This document shows positions 9,739 to 20,479 of a DNA stretch of 32,000 bases, piece after piece (the stretch's first letter is position 1; each line of letters opens with the position of its first letter). The stretch lies in the NCBI GenBank assembly GCA_045531435.1, contig JAZSDZ010000050.1, forward strand, positions 2,807 through 34,806, written 5' to 3'. The position numbers and the translations under genes are program-made. This DNA is from Candidatus Fimenecus sp. (lineage in GTDB: Bacteria > Bacillota > Clostridia > Oscillospirales > Acutalibacteraceae). A model generated the notes under the pieces. The model was given only the letters and a program-made list of their open reading frames with translations. It made no database searches and was not told where the DNA came from.

Positions 9739-11568
9739 ATGTGTGGCATAGCTGGTGAAGTATGCTTTAACAATTCTGTATTAAGGAATAAAGATTCATA
9801 TATTAAAATGCAAAAAGTTCTAGCACCTCGTGGACCTGACCAACAAGGAATGTATATAAGTGAAAATGTTGCATTAATTCATTCTAGACTATGTGTTATT
9901 GACATTGACAAGGGAATTCAACCAATGACCGTAAAATACGGTAATAATAATTATACAATTGTTTATAATGGTGAGTTATACAACACAGACGAAGTCAGAG
10001 ATGAACTTATATTACTTGGACACAAATTCTATAGCCATTCTGACACTGAAGTAATACTAAAATCCTATATCGAATGGAAGGAAAATTGTGTTGATAAGTT
10101 TAATGGAATTTTTGCATTTGCAATTTGGTGCGATGAAGAACAGCACTTGTTTTTTGCAAGGGACAGACTCGGTGTAAAACCTCTCTTTTACACAATAATA
10201 AACAATTCGTTTATATTTGGCTCTGAAATTAAGGCATTACTTGAACATAACTATGTAGAACCTATTATAGATGAAAATTCAATTGCTGAAATAATTTATT
10301 TAGGCCCCGGAAGAACTCCTGGCTGTGGAATATTTAAAAACATTAATGAAATCAAACCTGCTTGCTGTGGATTTTACAACAGAAACGGTATAAAAATAAG
10401 AAAATACTGGATATTAAAAGACAAAGAAAATAAAGATAGTTTTGATGAAATAATCGAAAAAGTAAAATATCTTGTTAAAGACGCAATAACACGACAACTA
10501 GTTTCCGATGTACCCATTGGTACATTTTTATCAGGTGGACTTGATTCAAGTATAATATCTTCAATTGCAAACACATATATGAATGAAAAAGGACATATTT
10601 TAAAAACTTTTTCTGTAACTTATGAAAATAATGATAAATATTTTAAATCTAGTAAATTTCAGCCAAATAATGACAACGAATTTATTCACAAGATGGTTGA
10701 ATATCTTCACTGCGAAAATCACTTAATAACACTGAATAATCAAGACCTTGCTAATGCAATATATATGTCAGTAGATGCACGTGATTTACCAGGAATGGCT
10801 GATGTTGATGCATCATTATTACTCTTTTGTAAAGAAATAAAAAAACATTGTACCGTTGCACTTTCCGGTGAATGTGCAGACGAAATATTTGGTGGATATC
10901 CGTGGTTCAGAGATAAAAAAATACGTGCTATAAATGGATTTCCGTGGTCACAAACAACTTTATATCGAAAATCGTTTTTAAAAAATAATTTAAAGTTGCC
11001 CGATGCAGAAGATTTTGTTTATTCTCGCTATAAGGATACAATTATAAATACATCAAAAATAAACGATTTATCCCCAGTTGAATCAAGGATGAAAGAAATG
11101 ATGAAATTGAATATGGACTGGTTTATGCAAACACTTTTAGATAGAAAAGACAGAATGAGTATGTATAATGGACTTGAAGTCAGAGTACCGTTTTGTGACT
11201 ATCGAATTGCTGAATATCTCTATTCAATTCCTTGGAAATATAAAGAATATAATTCATATGAAAAAGGATTGTTACGAAAAGCAATGGAAGAAATCTTACC
11301 ACAAGAAATATTATGGAGAAAGAAAAGTCCATATCCTAAAACTCATAATCCTGAATATTTGAAAATTGTTTCAAATATGTTAAAAGAAGTTATTGAAAAT
11401 GATTCGTCACCTGTGTTAACATTTATAAAGAAGTCAGAATTGAATAAATTACTAAATACTAGTAATAATGAGCCATGGTATGGTCAATTAATGACAACAC
11501 CACAAACCATAGCATATTTTTTACAAATAAACTATTGGCTTGAAAAATATAAAATAATAATAAAATAA
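9739..11568 (+). CDS. asnB: Asparagine synthase (glutamine-hydrolysing)
   Basis: The start is moved to ATG 9739 so the protein begins MCGIAG, the N-terminal Cys nucleophile of class II amidotransferases. GAGGTGA SD lies upstream. SGGLDSS PP-loop motif present. Confidence 0.9.
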   Translation: MCGIAGEVCFNNSVLRNKDSYIKMQKVLAPRGPDQQGMYISENVALIHSRLCVIDIDKGIQPMTVKYGNNNYTIVYNGELYNTDEVRDELILLGHKFYSHSDTEVILKSYIEWKENCVDKFNGIFAFAIWCDEEQHLFFARDRLGVKPLFYTIINNSFIFGSEIKALLEHNYVEPIIDENSIAEIIYLGPGRTPGCGIFKNINEIKPACCGFYNRNGIKIRKYWILKDKENKDSFDEIIEKVKYLVKDAITRQLVSDVPIGTFLSGGLDSSIISSIANTYMNEKGHILKTFSVTYENNDKYFKSSKFQPNNDNEFIHKMVEYLHCENHLITLNNQDLANAIYMSVDARDLPGMADVDASLLLFCKEIKKHCTVALSGECADEIFGGYPWFRDKKIRAINGFPWSQTTLYRKSFLKNNLKLPDAEDFVYSRYKDTIINTSKINDLSPVESRMKEMMKLNMDWFMQTLLDRKDRMSMYNGLEVRVPFCDYRIAEYLYSIPWKYKEYNSYEKGLLRKAMEEILPQEILWRKKSPYPKTHNPEYLKIVSNMLKEVIENDSSPVLTFIKKSELNKLLNTSNNEPWYGQLMTTPQTIAYFLQINYWLEKYKIIIK

Positions 11569-11580
11569 AGGATGAAAGAA

Positions 11581-12534
11581 ATGAAAAATGGAGATTTAAA
11601 AAAAGTTGCACTTGTTGGTACAGGATTCGTAGGAATGAGTTTTGCTTATGCTCTTTTAAATAGTGGAGAATGTGACCAACTTGTTTTGATTGATGTCAAC
11701 AAAGAAAAAGCAAAAGGAGAAGCTATGGATTTAAATCACGGTCTTCCATTTGCAAAAAGAAATATGCTAATTTGTACGGGAGAATATGCAGATTGCCACG
11801 ATGCTGATATAGTTGTTATTGCAGCTGGTGTAGCACAAAAAGATGGCGAGGACAGAATTTCACTATTAAAAAGAAATTATGAAGTTTTCAAATCAATTAT
11901 TGAACCTATAGTTAAAAGTGGATTCGATGGTATATTTCTTGTTGCAACAAACCCCGTTGACATTATGACAAAAATAACACTTGAATTATCAGGATTTGAC
12001 CCATCACATGTTATAGGAAGCGGAACAACATTGGATACTGCTCGACTCCGTTATTTACTCGGAGATTACTTCTCAATCGATCCGAGAAATGTTCACGCCT
12101 ATGTTATTGGTGAACACGGTGACAGTGAAATCGTTCCTTGGTCCCAAGCATATATTACTACTAAAAGGGTATATGATATTGTAGATTCATCTAATGGTAG
12201 ATTTTCATTTAATGATTTATATAAAATAAGCAAAGATGTTACAGGCGCTGCACAAGAAATTATTAAAGCAAAAACAGCAACGTATTATGGAATCGGTATG
12301 GCTCTCGTAAGAATTGTTAGAGCAATTTTTGGTGATGAAAAAAGTGCGTTGACTGTCTCTGTAATGTTGAATGGTGAATATGGTTTAACTGATGTTTATG
12401 CCGGATTACCAGCAATAATAGGAAGAAACGGCGTCGAAGAAATTATCGTTCTCGACCTTAAAGAAAATGAAAGAACAGCATTCATAAATTCTTGTAATTT
12501 CTTAAAAGAAACTGCTAAAAAGATAGGGTTCTAA
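11581..12534 (+). CDS. ldh: L-lactate dehydrogenase
   Basis: Contains GTGFVG NAD-binding and IGEHGDS signature motifs. ATG 11581 has better SD spacing (AAAGGA-n8) than the ATG at 11572 in the track. Confidence 0.9.
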   Translation: MKNGDLKKVALVGTGFVGMSFAYALLNSGECDQLVLIDVNKEKAKGEAMDLNHGLPFAKRNMLICTGEYADCHDADIVVIAAGVAQKDGEDRISLLKRNYEVFKSIIEPIVKSGFDGIFLVATNPVDIMTKITLELSGFDPSHVIGSGTTLDTARLRYLLGDYFSIDPRNVHAYVIGEHGDSEIVPWSQAYITTKRVYDIVDSSNGRFSFNDLYKISKDVTGAAQEIIKAKTATYYGIGMALVRIVRAIFGDEKSALTVSVMLNGEYGLTDVYAGLPAIIGRNGVEEIIVLDLKENERTAFINSCNFLKETAKKIGF

Positions 12535-12539
12535 AAAAT

Positions 12540-12563
12540 AACAGGTCACTTATGTGACCTGTT
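12540..12563. terminator. Bidirectional terminator between the convergent ldh and ceramidase-like genes
   Basis: Perfect 10-bp stem AACAGGTCAC/GTGACCTGTT with loop TTAT, flanked by an A-run and a T-run. Confidence 0.65.
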
Positions 12564-12568
12564 ATTTT

Positions 12569-14398
12569 TTATCTTACACTATCGTATATTTCGTAGAAAT
12601 TCTTAATGAATGTTGTACCTGCATGTTTACCATAAGAGATAAGGCACCATGTATCATCATCAAAATCACCAGATGTTTCGTTATATTGGAATCCAGCCAT
12701 TACGAAATTAGCCTCATTAGCAACATAACCTGCAGCGTCATTCATAAGGTCCATAACGATAATATCTTCACCTGTATATTCTCTGATAGGCATCATTGGG
12801 AATCCTTTTGCACCATTGCCACCCATAAGAAGTTCACCAAAAGTTTCACCCGGACTCATATAAACCTTCATACTGTCGCCAATTTCAAGATAACCAACTT
12901 CAGTGACTGTATAATAATTCCAATTATCATCTTTAAGAACAAGATTATCGGCAATTGATGTTTTACCAAGAAGTCCTACAATGTTGTTTTCAATCTGGAC
13001 TGTAAATTGCTTTGATTTAACATTAAGAACAGGTTTAACCTCTTCTTTACCTACAGTAGGAAGTCCCTCATACCAAATAGTATATCCTTCTTGTGAACCA
13101 TACTTTTCAACACCAAGTTTATCGCCTGTTTTATCGTTGAGAGCAATTCTTTCGGAATTTGTCATACTCATACTAAGAAGAATATAACCAAATTCATAAC
13201 CTAATCTTAATGCATCACTATGTGCTGTTCCGCCTTCGAGCTCGTCATTAGAATTATGTCTTGATGAAGAAACAGTTGAAACATTACCCTGAAGGAAAAT
13301 GAAATTATATCCAGCTGAATTCAATAACTTCTCCATTGACCAGATGCAGTCAGCTGTAAATTTTCTATCAAAGTTTAATGGGTCACTTTCGTCCTGATTC
13401 CAGTCAAAGCTTGCTGATTCAGGGTGACAACCAAATGTTGAAATAATTGTAGGTATTTTTTCTGCAGAGAATGGTACAAACTCAAGCTTATACATATTTG
13501 TATCATAACAAATTGGTGCTGTACGGTCAAAAAGATAATCAGCAATATCAATCTTTGAATAGTACATCTTACCTGTTGTCATATCAGCAAGAGCAGCTTC
13601 GACAGCTTTCTTTGAACCATCAACTACGGATTTAATAAATTCACGAGGTACACCATATTTAACTTCATTAGTCAATGTGTTGTTTAAAAGACATCCGATT
13701 GGGTCTGTCCAAACACCCTGAGAATCAATACCCGTATGAATATGAGTACATGATACATTGATACTTACAATGTTATTCTTTTCAGCAATTTCCTTTAGTG
13801 CTTCACGAATAAGACGAACATCAGAATTAGCAAGACCCATTGCATCAACAGCGATAAATACAACATTACCTCTGCCTGAGCCATCATTCATAACGATTAC
13901 TCTTGACATAAGGTCTTCATAATTACCTTCGTCATCCTTATACATTTCATTACCGTAAACATATGGAATGTATGCACCTTTTGCATAAGATTTTTCGCCA
14001 AAATCTTCAGGGAGAATTGATGCTTTACCATAACCAAGACTCCAAACCTTATCACCCTGTGGTTCATCAATAAATTCATCCATACCAGGATAGAAATTAT
14101 CATATGAATCAATATCAAACTCTTCATAATCAAGCACAGCAGCAGAATCAGGAACTACAACACAAAGAGCCTTACCAATAATATCATTGATAAGGAAATT
14201 GCTAACAGCATTAAACAATTTGACAAAGAAAATCTTTGTTTGTAAATTATTATCAACCTCGACACCTGTGTCAGATTTCATAACATACTCTGTAATTGAT
14301 TCACTATTTTTTTCTGCGAATGAAACAACAGAAAACATAGGTATCAACATACTGATACAAAGAATAACTGAAATAACTGACATTAAACTTTTTTTCAT
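12569..14398 (-). CDS. Secreted protein with a neutral/alkaline ceramidase-like N-terminal domain
   Basis: Signal peptide (MKKSLMSVISVILCISMLIPMFSVVSFA). The pattern GYGKASILP...SRVIVMNDGSG..VVFIAVDAMGL...INVSCTHIHTG resembles the bacterial ceramidase_alk family. The start is moved to ATG 14398, which follows a GGAGGA SD. Confidence 0.5.
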   Translation of the reverse strand: MKKSLMSVISVILCISMLIPMFSVVSFAEKNSESITEYVMKSDTGVEVDNNLQTKIFFVKLFNAVSNFLINDIIGKALCVVVPDSAAVLDYEEFDIDSYDNFYPGMDEFIDEPQGDKVWSLGYGKASILPEDFGEKSYAKGAYIPYVYGNEMYKDDEGNYEDLMSRVIVMNDGSGRGNVVFIAVDAMGLANSDVRLIREALKEIAEKNNIVSINVSCTHIHTGIDSQGVWTDPIGCLLNNTLTNEVKYGVPREFIKSVVDGSKKAVEAALADMTTGKMYYSKIDIADYLFDRTAPICYDTNMYKLEFVPFSAEKIPTIISTFGCHPESASFDWNQDESDPLNFDRKFTADCIWSMEKLLNSAGYNFIFLQGNVSTVSSSRHNSNDELEGGTAHSDALRLGYEFGYILLSMSMTNSERIALNDKTGDKLGVEKYGSQEGYTIWYEGLPTVGKEEVKPVLNVKSKQFTVQIENNIVGLLGKTSIADNLVLKDDNWNYYTVTEVGYLEIGDSMKVYMSPGETFGELLMGGNGAKGFPMMPIREYTGEDIIVMDLMNDAAGYVANEANFVMAGFQYNETSGDFDDDTWCLISYGKHAGTTFIKNFYEIYDSVR

Positions 14399-14420
14399 AA
14401 TAAAATCCTCCATTAATTAT

Positions 14421-15440
14421 TTATTTTTTACGAATTTCGTCTTTAAAAACAAAACGATATCCGTTATTTTCCAAAAGTATGTCATCAGACATGATCATTC
14501 CAAGACCTTTAATTTTTGCAAGTCTTGGTTCTTCAACAACTTCACATCTTATTCCGATTTCTTTTGATAGTCGCTCAGAAATATCAAAAATCAGTGCTCC
14601 ACCACCACAAAGTAAAATTCCGTGGTCAGCAGCATCTGATAATAAATCAGGTGAAACATTCAATATTTCATTATGAATCTCTTTAATAATCAGGTTAATC
14701 TGTTCATCAATGAAAGGAAAAATCTCAGTTGAAGTAACTTCAAAAGAAATTGGTAGATTATCAAGACAACTTTTACCCGACACAAACAATGCTGTTTCGC
14801 AATCTCTATTTATTGCAGAAGTAATCTTATTTCTAATATCTCTTGCAGTATGAGGACCAATAAGAATATCTCTTTCTTTTTTCAGATGATTGATAATAGC
14901 TTTATCAATTTCGTAGTTACCTCGTTTAATGATACCTTTTGCTGAAATACCACCTAGAGAAACAACTGCAATCTCTGAAATATGGTGACCAATATCAAGA
15001 ACCATTCGACCGCCAATTTTATCAGTTGGGATTCCACTACCAATGGCTGAAGCTAAAACTCCATCAACCATACACACACGTCCAGCACCAGCTAAAGTAA
15101 CAATATCAAGAAATGTCTTTCTTTCTAAATTAGAAATTTTAGACGGCAGAGAAATAATAACATTAGGCTTATAAATTCTATTACCACATACTCTCTGCAA
15201 ATAATAACGTAGCATTCTTTCAGCCATTACAAAATCAGAGACAACACCATTACGAATAACCTTGGAAATGTTGATATCCTCCATACATCTACCATCAACA
15301 TTATAGGCTGCTAAACCAAATGCAATTGGATGACCCGTCATATTATCAATCGCCACAACCGAAGGTTCATCCACAACAATTCCTTTTCCTTCAGCAAAAA
15401 TCTTAAGGGAAGAGGAACCAAAATCAATCCCAATTTTCAT
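14421..15440 (-). CDS. MreB/Mbl-like actin-family protein
   Basis: Contains MKIGIDFGSS phosphate-1 motif, DIGHH and LCGGGA motifs. The start is ambiguous: ATG 15440, or TTG 15467 abutting the typA stop. Confidence 0.7.
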   Translation of the reverse strand: MKIGIDFGSSSLKIFAEGKGIVVDEPSVVAIDNMTGHPIAFGLAAYNVDGRCMEDINISKVIRNGVVSDFVMAERMLRYYLQRVCGNRIYKPNVIISLPSKISNLERKTFLDIVTLAGAGRVCMVDGVLASAIGSGIPTDKIGGRMVLDIGHHISEIAVVSLGGISAKGIIKRGNYEIDKAIINHLKKERDILIGPHTARDIRNKITSAINRDCETALFVSGKSCLDNLPISFEVTSTEIFPFIDEQINLIIKEIHNEILNVSPDLLSDAADHGILLCGGGALIFDISERLSKEIGIRCEVVEEPRLAKIKGLGMIMSDDILLENNGYRFVFKDEIRKK

Positions 15441-15467
15441 TCCTTTCAGATTATCATCCCCTTTCAA

Positions 15468-17297
15468 TCAGCTCTTTTTGAATTGCTGTTTCAATCTTAA
15501 GTCTTTTGACAATATTGTTTTTCTAAGTCTGATATTAACAGGAGTAACCTCCATTAATTCATCATCCTTAATAAATTCCATTGATTGTTCAAGACTCAAA
15601 ACTGTATGAGGAACAAGTCTTAATGCATCATCTGAACCAGATGCGCGAGTGTTAGTAAGATGTTTTGTTTTACAAATGTTGCAAGTCAAATCTTCGTTCT
15701 TTGAACATTCTCCAACTATCATACCTTCATAAACAGGAACACCAGGTCCAATAAACAATCTACCTCTATCTTGTGTATTAAATAAACCATATGCAGTACT
15801 CTCACCCGTTTCATGAGCAACAATTGAACCACGTTCTCTTGTTTCAATATCTCCTTTGAAAGGCTCATATCCAGAAAACAGATTATTCATTATCCCATTT
15901 CCGTTTGTATCTGTCATAAACTCAGAACGATATCCTATAAGACCACGAGCAGGAATTTTAAATTCAAGATGTGTTGTTCCACCATCTCGTGTACCCATAT
16001 TTTCAAGTTCACCACGACGAGAACCAATTTTCATCATAACAGAACCAACATACTCTTCAGGAACTTCAATAATTAAAAGTTCAATAGGTTCATAAAGAAC
16101 ACCGTCTTGAATTTTTGTAATGACCTTTGGACGAGAAACTTGAAATTCATATCCCTGCCTACGCATAGTTTCAATAAGAATTGATAGATGCAACTCGCCT
16201 CGTCCTGAAACTTTAAAGGTATCTGTTGATTCGGTTTCCTCAACTCTCATACTTACATTAGTTTCAACCTCTTTGAAAAGTCTATCACGAAGATTTCTGG
16301 AAGTAACAAACTTGCCCTCTTTTCCTGCGAAAGGACTGTCGTTAACAATGAAATTCATTGAAATTGTAGGCTCATCAATTTTTATAAATGGAAGAGGCTC
16401 AATACATTCTGGTGAACAAAGAGTTTCACCAATATTTAAATCAGTAATACCTGAAATACAAATGATATCACCTACTGTTGCTGAATCAACCTCAACTCTT
16501 TTAAGACCATCAAATTGATATAATCGAGAAATACGAACATTTTCCTGACTACCATCAGTCTTACATAAAACTAATGAATCATTTTTGCTAATTTGCCCTC
16601 TTTCAACTCTACCTACACCTATTCTACCAATATAATCATCATAGTCAAGGCTTGAAAAAAGAACCTGTAATGGTGCATCAACCTCTCCTGTAGGTGCTTC
16701 AATATTATCTATAATTGCATCAAACAATGGTCTCATATCACCATCACGGACTGATGAATCGAATGAAGCATACCCATCTCTTGCAGATGCATAAATAACA
16801 GGAAATTCTATTTGTTCATCACTTGCGCCTAATTCAATAAACAAATCAAGGACTTCATCAATAACTTCATCGGGACGAGCACCCGGACGATCAATCTTAT
16901 TTACAACAACAAGAACTTTTTTATTAAGTCCAAGCGCTTTCTTCAATACAAATCTTGTCTGAGGCATACAACCTTCAAATGCGTCAACAAGAAGCAAAAC
17001 GCCATCAACCATCATTAGAATTCGTTCAACCTCACCACCGAAGTCAGCATGTCCCGGAGTATCAACAATATTAATTTTATAATCCTTATATTTTACAGAA
17101 GTATTTTTAGAAAGAATTGTGATACCTCTTTCTCGTTCAAGGTCATTTGAGTCCATAACTCTATCCTGAATAACTTCATTTGTTCTAAAAATACCACTTT
17201 GCTTTAACAATTCATCAACAAGAGTTGTTTTACCATGGTCAACGTGAGCAATAATGGCAATATTTCTAATATCGTCTCTTTTATTCAACAAATTCAC
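15468..17297 (-). CDS. typA: Translational GTPase TypA/BipA
   Basis: Contains [17 protein letters not shown] and NKID G-motifs and has an EF-G-like domain order. The exact start (GTG 17297 or a nearby TTG) is uncertain. Confidence 0.95.
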   Translation of the reverse strand: MNLLNKRDDIRNIAIIAHVDHGKTTLVDELLKQSGIFRTNEVIQDRVMDSNDLERERGITILSKNTSVKYKDYKINIVDTPGHADFGGEVERILMMVDGVLLLVDAFEGCMPQTRFVLKKALGLNKKVLVVVNKIDRPGARPDEVIDEVLDLFIELGASDEQIEFPVIYASARDGYASFDSSVRDGDMRPLFDAIIDNIEAPTGEVDAPLQVLFSSLDYDDYIGRIGVGRVERGQISKNDSLVLCKTDGSQENVRISRLYQFDGLKRVEVDSATVGDIICISGITDLNIGETLCSPECIEPLPFIKIDEPTISMNFIVNDSPFAGKEGKFVTSRNLRDRLFKEVETNVSMRVEETESTDTFKVSGRGELHLSILIETMRRQGYEFQVSRPKVITKIQDGVLYEPIELLIIEVPEEYVGSVMMKIGSRRGELENMGTRDGGTTHLEFKIPARGLIGYRSEFMTDTNGNGIMNNLFSGYEPFKGDIETRERGSIVAHETGESTAYGLFNTQDRGRLFIGPGVPVYEGMIVGECSKNEDLTCNICKTKHLTNTRASGSDDALRLVPHTVLSLEQSMEFIKDDELMEVTPVNIRLRKTILSKDLRLKQQFKKS

Positions 17298-17430
17298 CTT
17301 CGTTACTTATCTTAAATATTAATTTTACCACCAATATTCATAATTGGCAAGAAAAATAATAATAAATTTACAGACCTTTACAAATTAAAGAAAATAATAT
17401 AAAATTTAAATAAAGATATGAGGTGATATT

Positions 17431-19062
17431 TTGAATAAAAACATAACATTACGAATAATGTCTTCTCTCGAAAAAATATATAATAACGATAAAATACCAG
17501 AAAAAGATTACACAAGATTATCAATGTTAAAAAATGAAAGAAAATCCTTTCAGATTGCTGTTGAGTGTAATGAAGCTTTTACTGGTTCTTTAAAGGTTAA
17601 ATCATCTATTAATAATATCCGATTATATTCAGTAGAGTTAATTAATTCAGATTTACCTATGTCAAAAAATTCAGACAATTACTTTCGTATTAGTAAAGAT
17701 AGATATTATCCTGATTTGCTGTTACCTGTTGAGGATAAAATCAATTTTAAAAAAGGAATAAGTGTTTTTTGGATAGAATTAATTGCAAATGAATCAGTTG
17801 TTGGAAAACATAATGTTGACATTACATTGTCTATTAATGATAATTTAATTATATCAAAATCAATTGAAGTAGAAATAATTAATTACGAATTAGACTTCAA
17901 AGATTTTATCTATACTTGTTGGTTTCATACAGATTGCCTTATGTCACATTATAGTGTAGATGTGTTTTCAGATGAATATTGGCAGATTACAAAAAACTTC
18001 TTAATGACAGCAACTGAATATGGTATGAACTGTGTGCTGACGCCAATCTTCACGCCTCCACTTGATACTGAATTTGGTAAAGAAAGACCTACTGTTCAAC
18101 TTATTGATGTTGAAGTTACAAATGGAATATATTCCTTTAATTTTGATAAACTTACACAATGGATTGAATTATCAAAAAGTTGTGGAATTAAATATTTTGA
18201 ATTAGCCCATTTCTTTACTCAATGGGGAGCAAGACATGCACCCAAAATTATGGCAACTGCTGATGGTGAGTACAAACAAATTTTTGGTTGGAATACTAAA
18301 TCAACATCTAAAGAATATAAAAAGTTTCTAACAGATTTATCATATAAACTTAAAGCATATTTCGAAGAAAATAATCTTAAAGATAAAGTTCTTATCCATG
18401 TAAGTGATGAACCGAATTTTGCAATGCTTCGTTCATATTCAAAGGCATCAAAGCTTATTCATAAATTATACAAAGGTTATAGAATTGTTGATGCTCTTTC
18501 TGATATATGGTTTTACAGACTTGGAATTGTTACAACACCAATCCCTTCAACTGACCATATAGATAAGTTTATAGGAAAAACTGATGAATTATGGACTTAT
18601 TATTGTAGTGCTCAAACCAAAAATAATGTTGCAAACAGATTTTTCTGTAATGATTCCATAAGAACAAGAGTGATAGGTTATCAAATGTACAAGTATAATG
18701 TTAAAGGCTTTTTACATTGGGGATATAACTTTTACTATACTCAATTATCTAAATCTGTTATAGACCCATATAAAATAAGTGATGCAGGAGGGAAATTTCC
18801 ATCTGGAGATAGTTACATTGTGTATCCTGCAAAAGATGGCACTGCACATCACTCTATCAGATTGAAAGTCTTTTATGATGCACTTCAGGATATAGCAGCA
18901 TTAAATTCATTGGAAAAATTATCTGACAAACAATTATGTTTAGACATTATTGAAGAATATGGACAGCATTCAATTACCTTTTCTGATTATCCACATTCAG
19001 ATTATTGGATGCTTAGTACACGAGAAAAAATCAATGCAAAAATTAAGGAATATGTAAAATGA
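17431..19062 (+). CDS. DUF4091 / GH123-like glycoside hydrolase family protein, cytoplasmic
   Basis: 543 aa with no signal peptide. The central TIM-barrel-like region contains HVSDEPN, an Asp-Glu pair like the catalytic DE of GH123 beta-N-acetylgalactosaminidases. The assignment comes from motif memory only. Confidence 0.45.
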   Translation: MNKNITLRIMSSLEKIYNNDKIPEKDYTRLSMLKNERKSFQIAVECNEAFTGSLKVKSSINNIRLYSVELINSDLPMSKNSDNYFRISKDRYYPDLLLPVEDKINFKKGISVFWIELIANESVVGKHNVDITLSINDNLIISKSIEVEIINYELDFKDFIYTCWFHTDCLMSHYSVDVFSDEYWQITKNFLMTATEYGMNCVLTPIFTPPLDTEFGKERPTVQLIDVEVTNGIYSFNFDKLTQWIELSKSCGIKYFELAHFFTQWGARHAPKIMATADGEYKQIFGWNTKSTSKEYKKFLTDLSYKLKAYFEENNLKDKVLIHVSDEPNFAMLRSYSKASKLIHKLYKGYRIVDALSDIWFYRLGIVTTPIPSTDHIDKFIGKTDELWTYYCSAQTKNNVANRFFCNDSIRTRVIGYQMYKYNVKGFLHWGYNFYYTQLSKSVIDPYKISDAGGKFPSGDSYIVYPAKDGTAHHSIRLKVFYDALQDIAALNSLEKLSDKQLCLDIIEEYGQHSITFSDYPHSDYWMLSTREKINAKIKEYVK

Positions 19063-20240
19063 AACAAGTTTTAAAGGAATTTAAAAACTTTATAAAGGAA
19101 ACAGATAAGACATTATTGATGCTTTGCATTATAGCTTCAATATTCGGTTCTATTGTTGTTTTAAGCGCTACAAAATGGACTGCCAACGAAGGTGGATTAT
19201 TTTCACGAGATTTTTTAGTTATGGTAGCTGCTGTGTCGGCTGGAATGATAATAGCTTTGATAATTTCAGTTATCGACTATGAATTTATTATAAAAATGGC
19301 ACCACTAATTGGTATTGTATGTATTGGATTAATGCTTCTACTTTTTGCAATTGGTGTTGGTCCAATTGAACGACCAGACGCAAAAACATGGATTAAATTT
19401 GGATCAATTTATTTTCAACCATCTGAAATTGTTAAGATAGGATACATAATTACCTTTGGCGTTCATCTTGAAAAATTAAAAAACAATATTAACCATCCAT
19501 TTTCAATAGCACAACTTGCTGTACACGCACTGATTCCAATTGGATTAGTTATTAAAACTGGTGATATGGGTTCTGCGCTTGTGTTTATAATAATCACAAT
19601 TGTTATGTTATTTATCGCAGGTTTACATTGGGGATACTTTCTTGGCGGTGGGCTTCTTATATTAGCTGCGCTTCCACTTGCATGGATGTTCTTACTCGAT
19701 AATATTCAAAAAGAAAGATTTTTAGCTCTCGCCTACCCTGACTTATATCCTGATATTATTTATCAGCAAAAACGAGGTCTTGCAGCATTAGGCGGTGGCG
19801 GAATAACTGGACAAGGCCTATTTAAAGGAGCTCTGACTCAAACACCAAATGCCATTCCTGAGGCAGAAAACGATATGATATTTACTGTTGTTGGTGAAGA
19901 ACTTGGTCTTATTGGTTGTATTCTTGTTTTATTGATATTAACATTTATTGTTTTAAGAATTGTAAACACAGGTCGTCACGATAATGTTGGAAATATTAAA
20001 ATAATGTGTTATGGTGTTGCAGCTATGATTGCAGGACAGGTAATTATCAATGTTGGAATGTGTCTTATGTTATTACCCGTTATTGGAATAACACTTCCAT
20101 TTTTCAGTGCAGGTGGTTCATCAAATCTTTGTATTTACTTCGCCATTGGACTTATATTAAGTTTTTACAGATATAACCAACAAAGAGATATGATTCACGT
20201 TAGTCAGTCAAATATTTATAATCCATTTATGGACACATAA
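19059..20240 (+). CDS. SEDS family peptidoglycan glycosyltransferase (FtsW/RodA/SpoVE)
   Basis: 393 aa polytopic membrane protein with QPSE, GDMGSALV and LPFFSAGGSS motifs. Has an ATGA overlap with the upstream gene. Confidence 0.85.
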   Translation: MKQVLKEFKNFIKETDKTLLMLCIIASIFGSIVVLSATKWTANEGGLFSRDFLVMVAAVSAGMIIALIISVIDYEFIIKMAPLIGIVCIGLMLLLFAIGVGPIERPDAKTWIKFGSIYFQPSEIVKIGYIITFGVHLEKLKNNINHPFSIAQLAVHALIPIGLVIKTGDMGSALVFIIITIVMLFIAGLHWGYFLGGGLLILAALPLAWMFLLDNIQKERFLALAYPDLYPDIIYQQKRGLAALGGGGITGQGLFKGALTQTPNAIPEAENDMIFTVVGEELGLIGCILVLLILTFIVLRIVNTGRHDNVGNIKIMCYGVAAMIAGQVIINVGMCLMLLPVIGITLPFFSAGGSSNLCIYFAIGLILSFYRYNQQRDMIHVSQSNIYNPFMDT

Positions 20241-20256
20241 TCAAGGAGTCAAATTA

Positions 20257-20439
20257 ATGTTTAATGAAGAAAGGTTTAAAAAACTTTATTCTCAAGGTAT
20301 TATTTGTACTATGGAAGTATGGATTGATACAGAAACAGGAGTTAATTATTTATATCACCGTGATGGAAATTCCGGAGGTTTAACTCCATTATTAGATAAA
20401 GATGGAAAACCAATGATTACACAAACAGAAAACAAATAA
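20257..20439 (+). CDS. Small conserved protein (DUF6440-like)
   Basis: 60 aa. AGGAG SD lies upstream. The motif ETGVNYLY...GGLTPLLDKDGKP is recalled from a small Firmicutes family. Confidence 0.45.
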   Translation: MFNEERFKKLYSQGIICTMEVWIDTETGVNYLYHRDGNSGGLTPLLDKDGKPMITQTENK

Positions 20440-20443
20440 AAAA

Positions 20444-20474
20444 TGGGTATCTCAATTTTTTAAAGAGATACCCA
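20444..20474. terminator. Bidirectional terminator between the convergent DUF6440-like gene and pcrA
   Basis: Stem TGGGTATCTC/GAGATACCCA, with A-rich and T-rich flanks. Confidence 0.6.
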
Positions 20475-20479
20475 CTATT

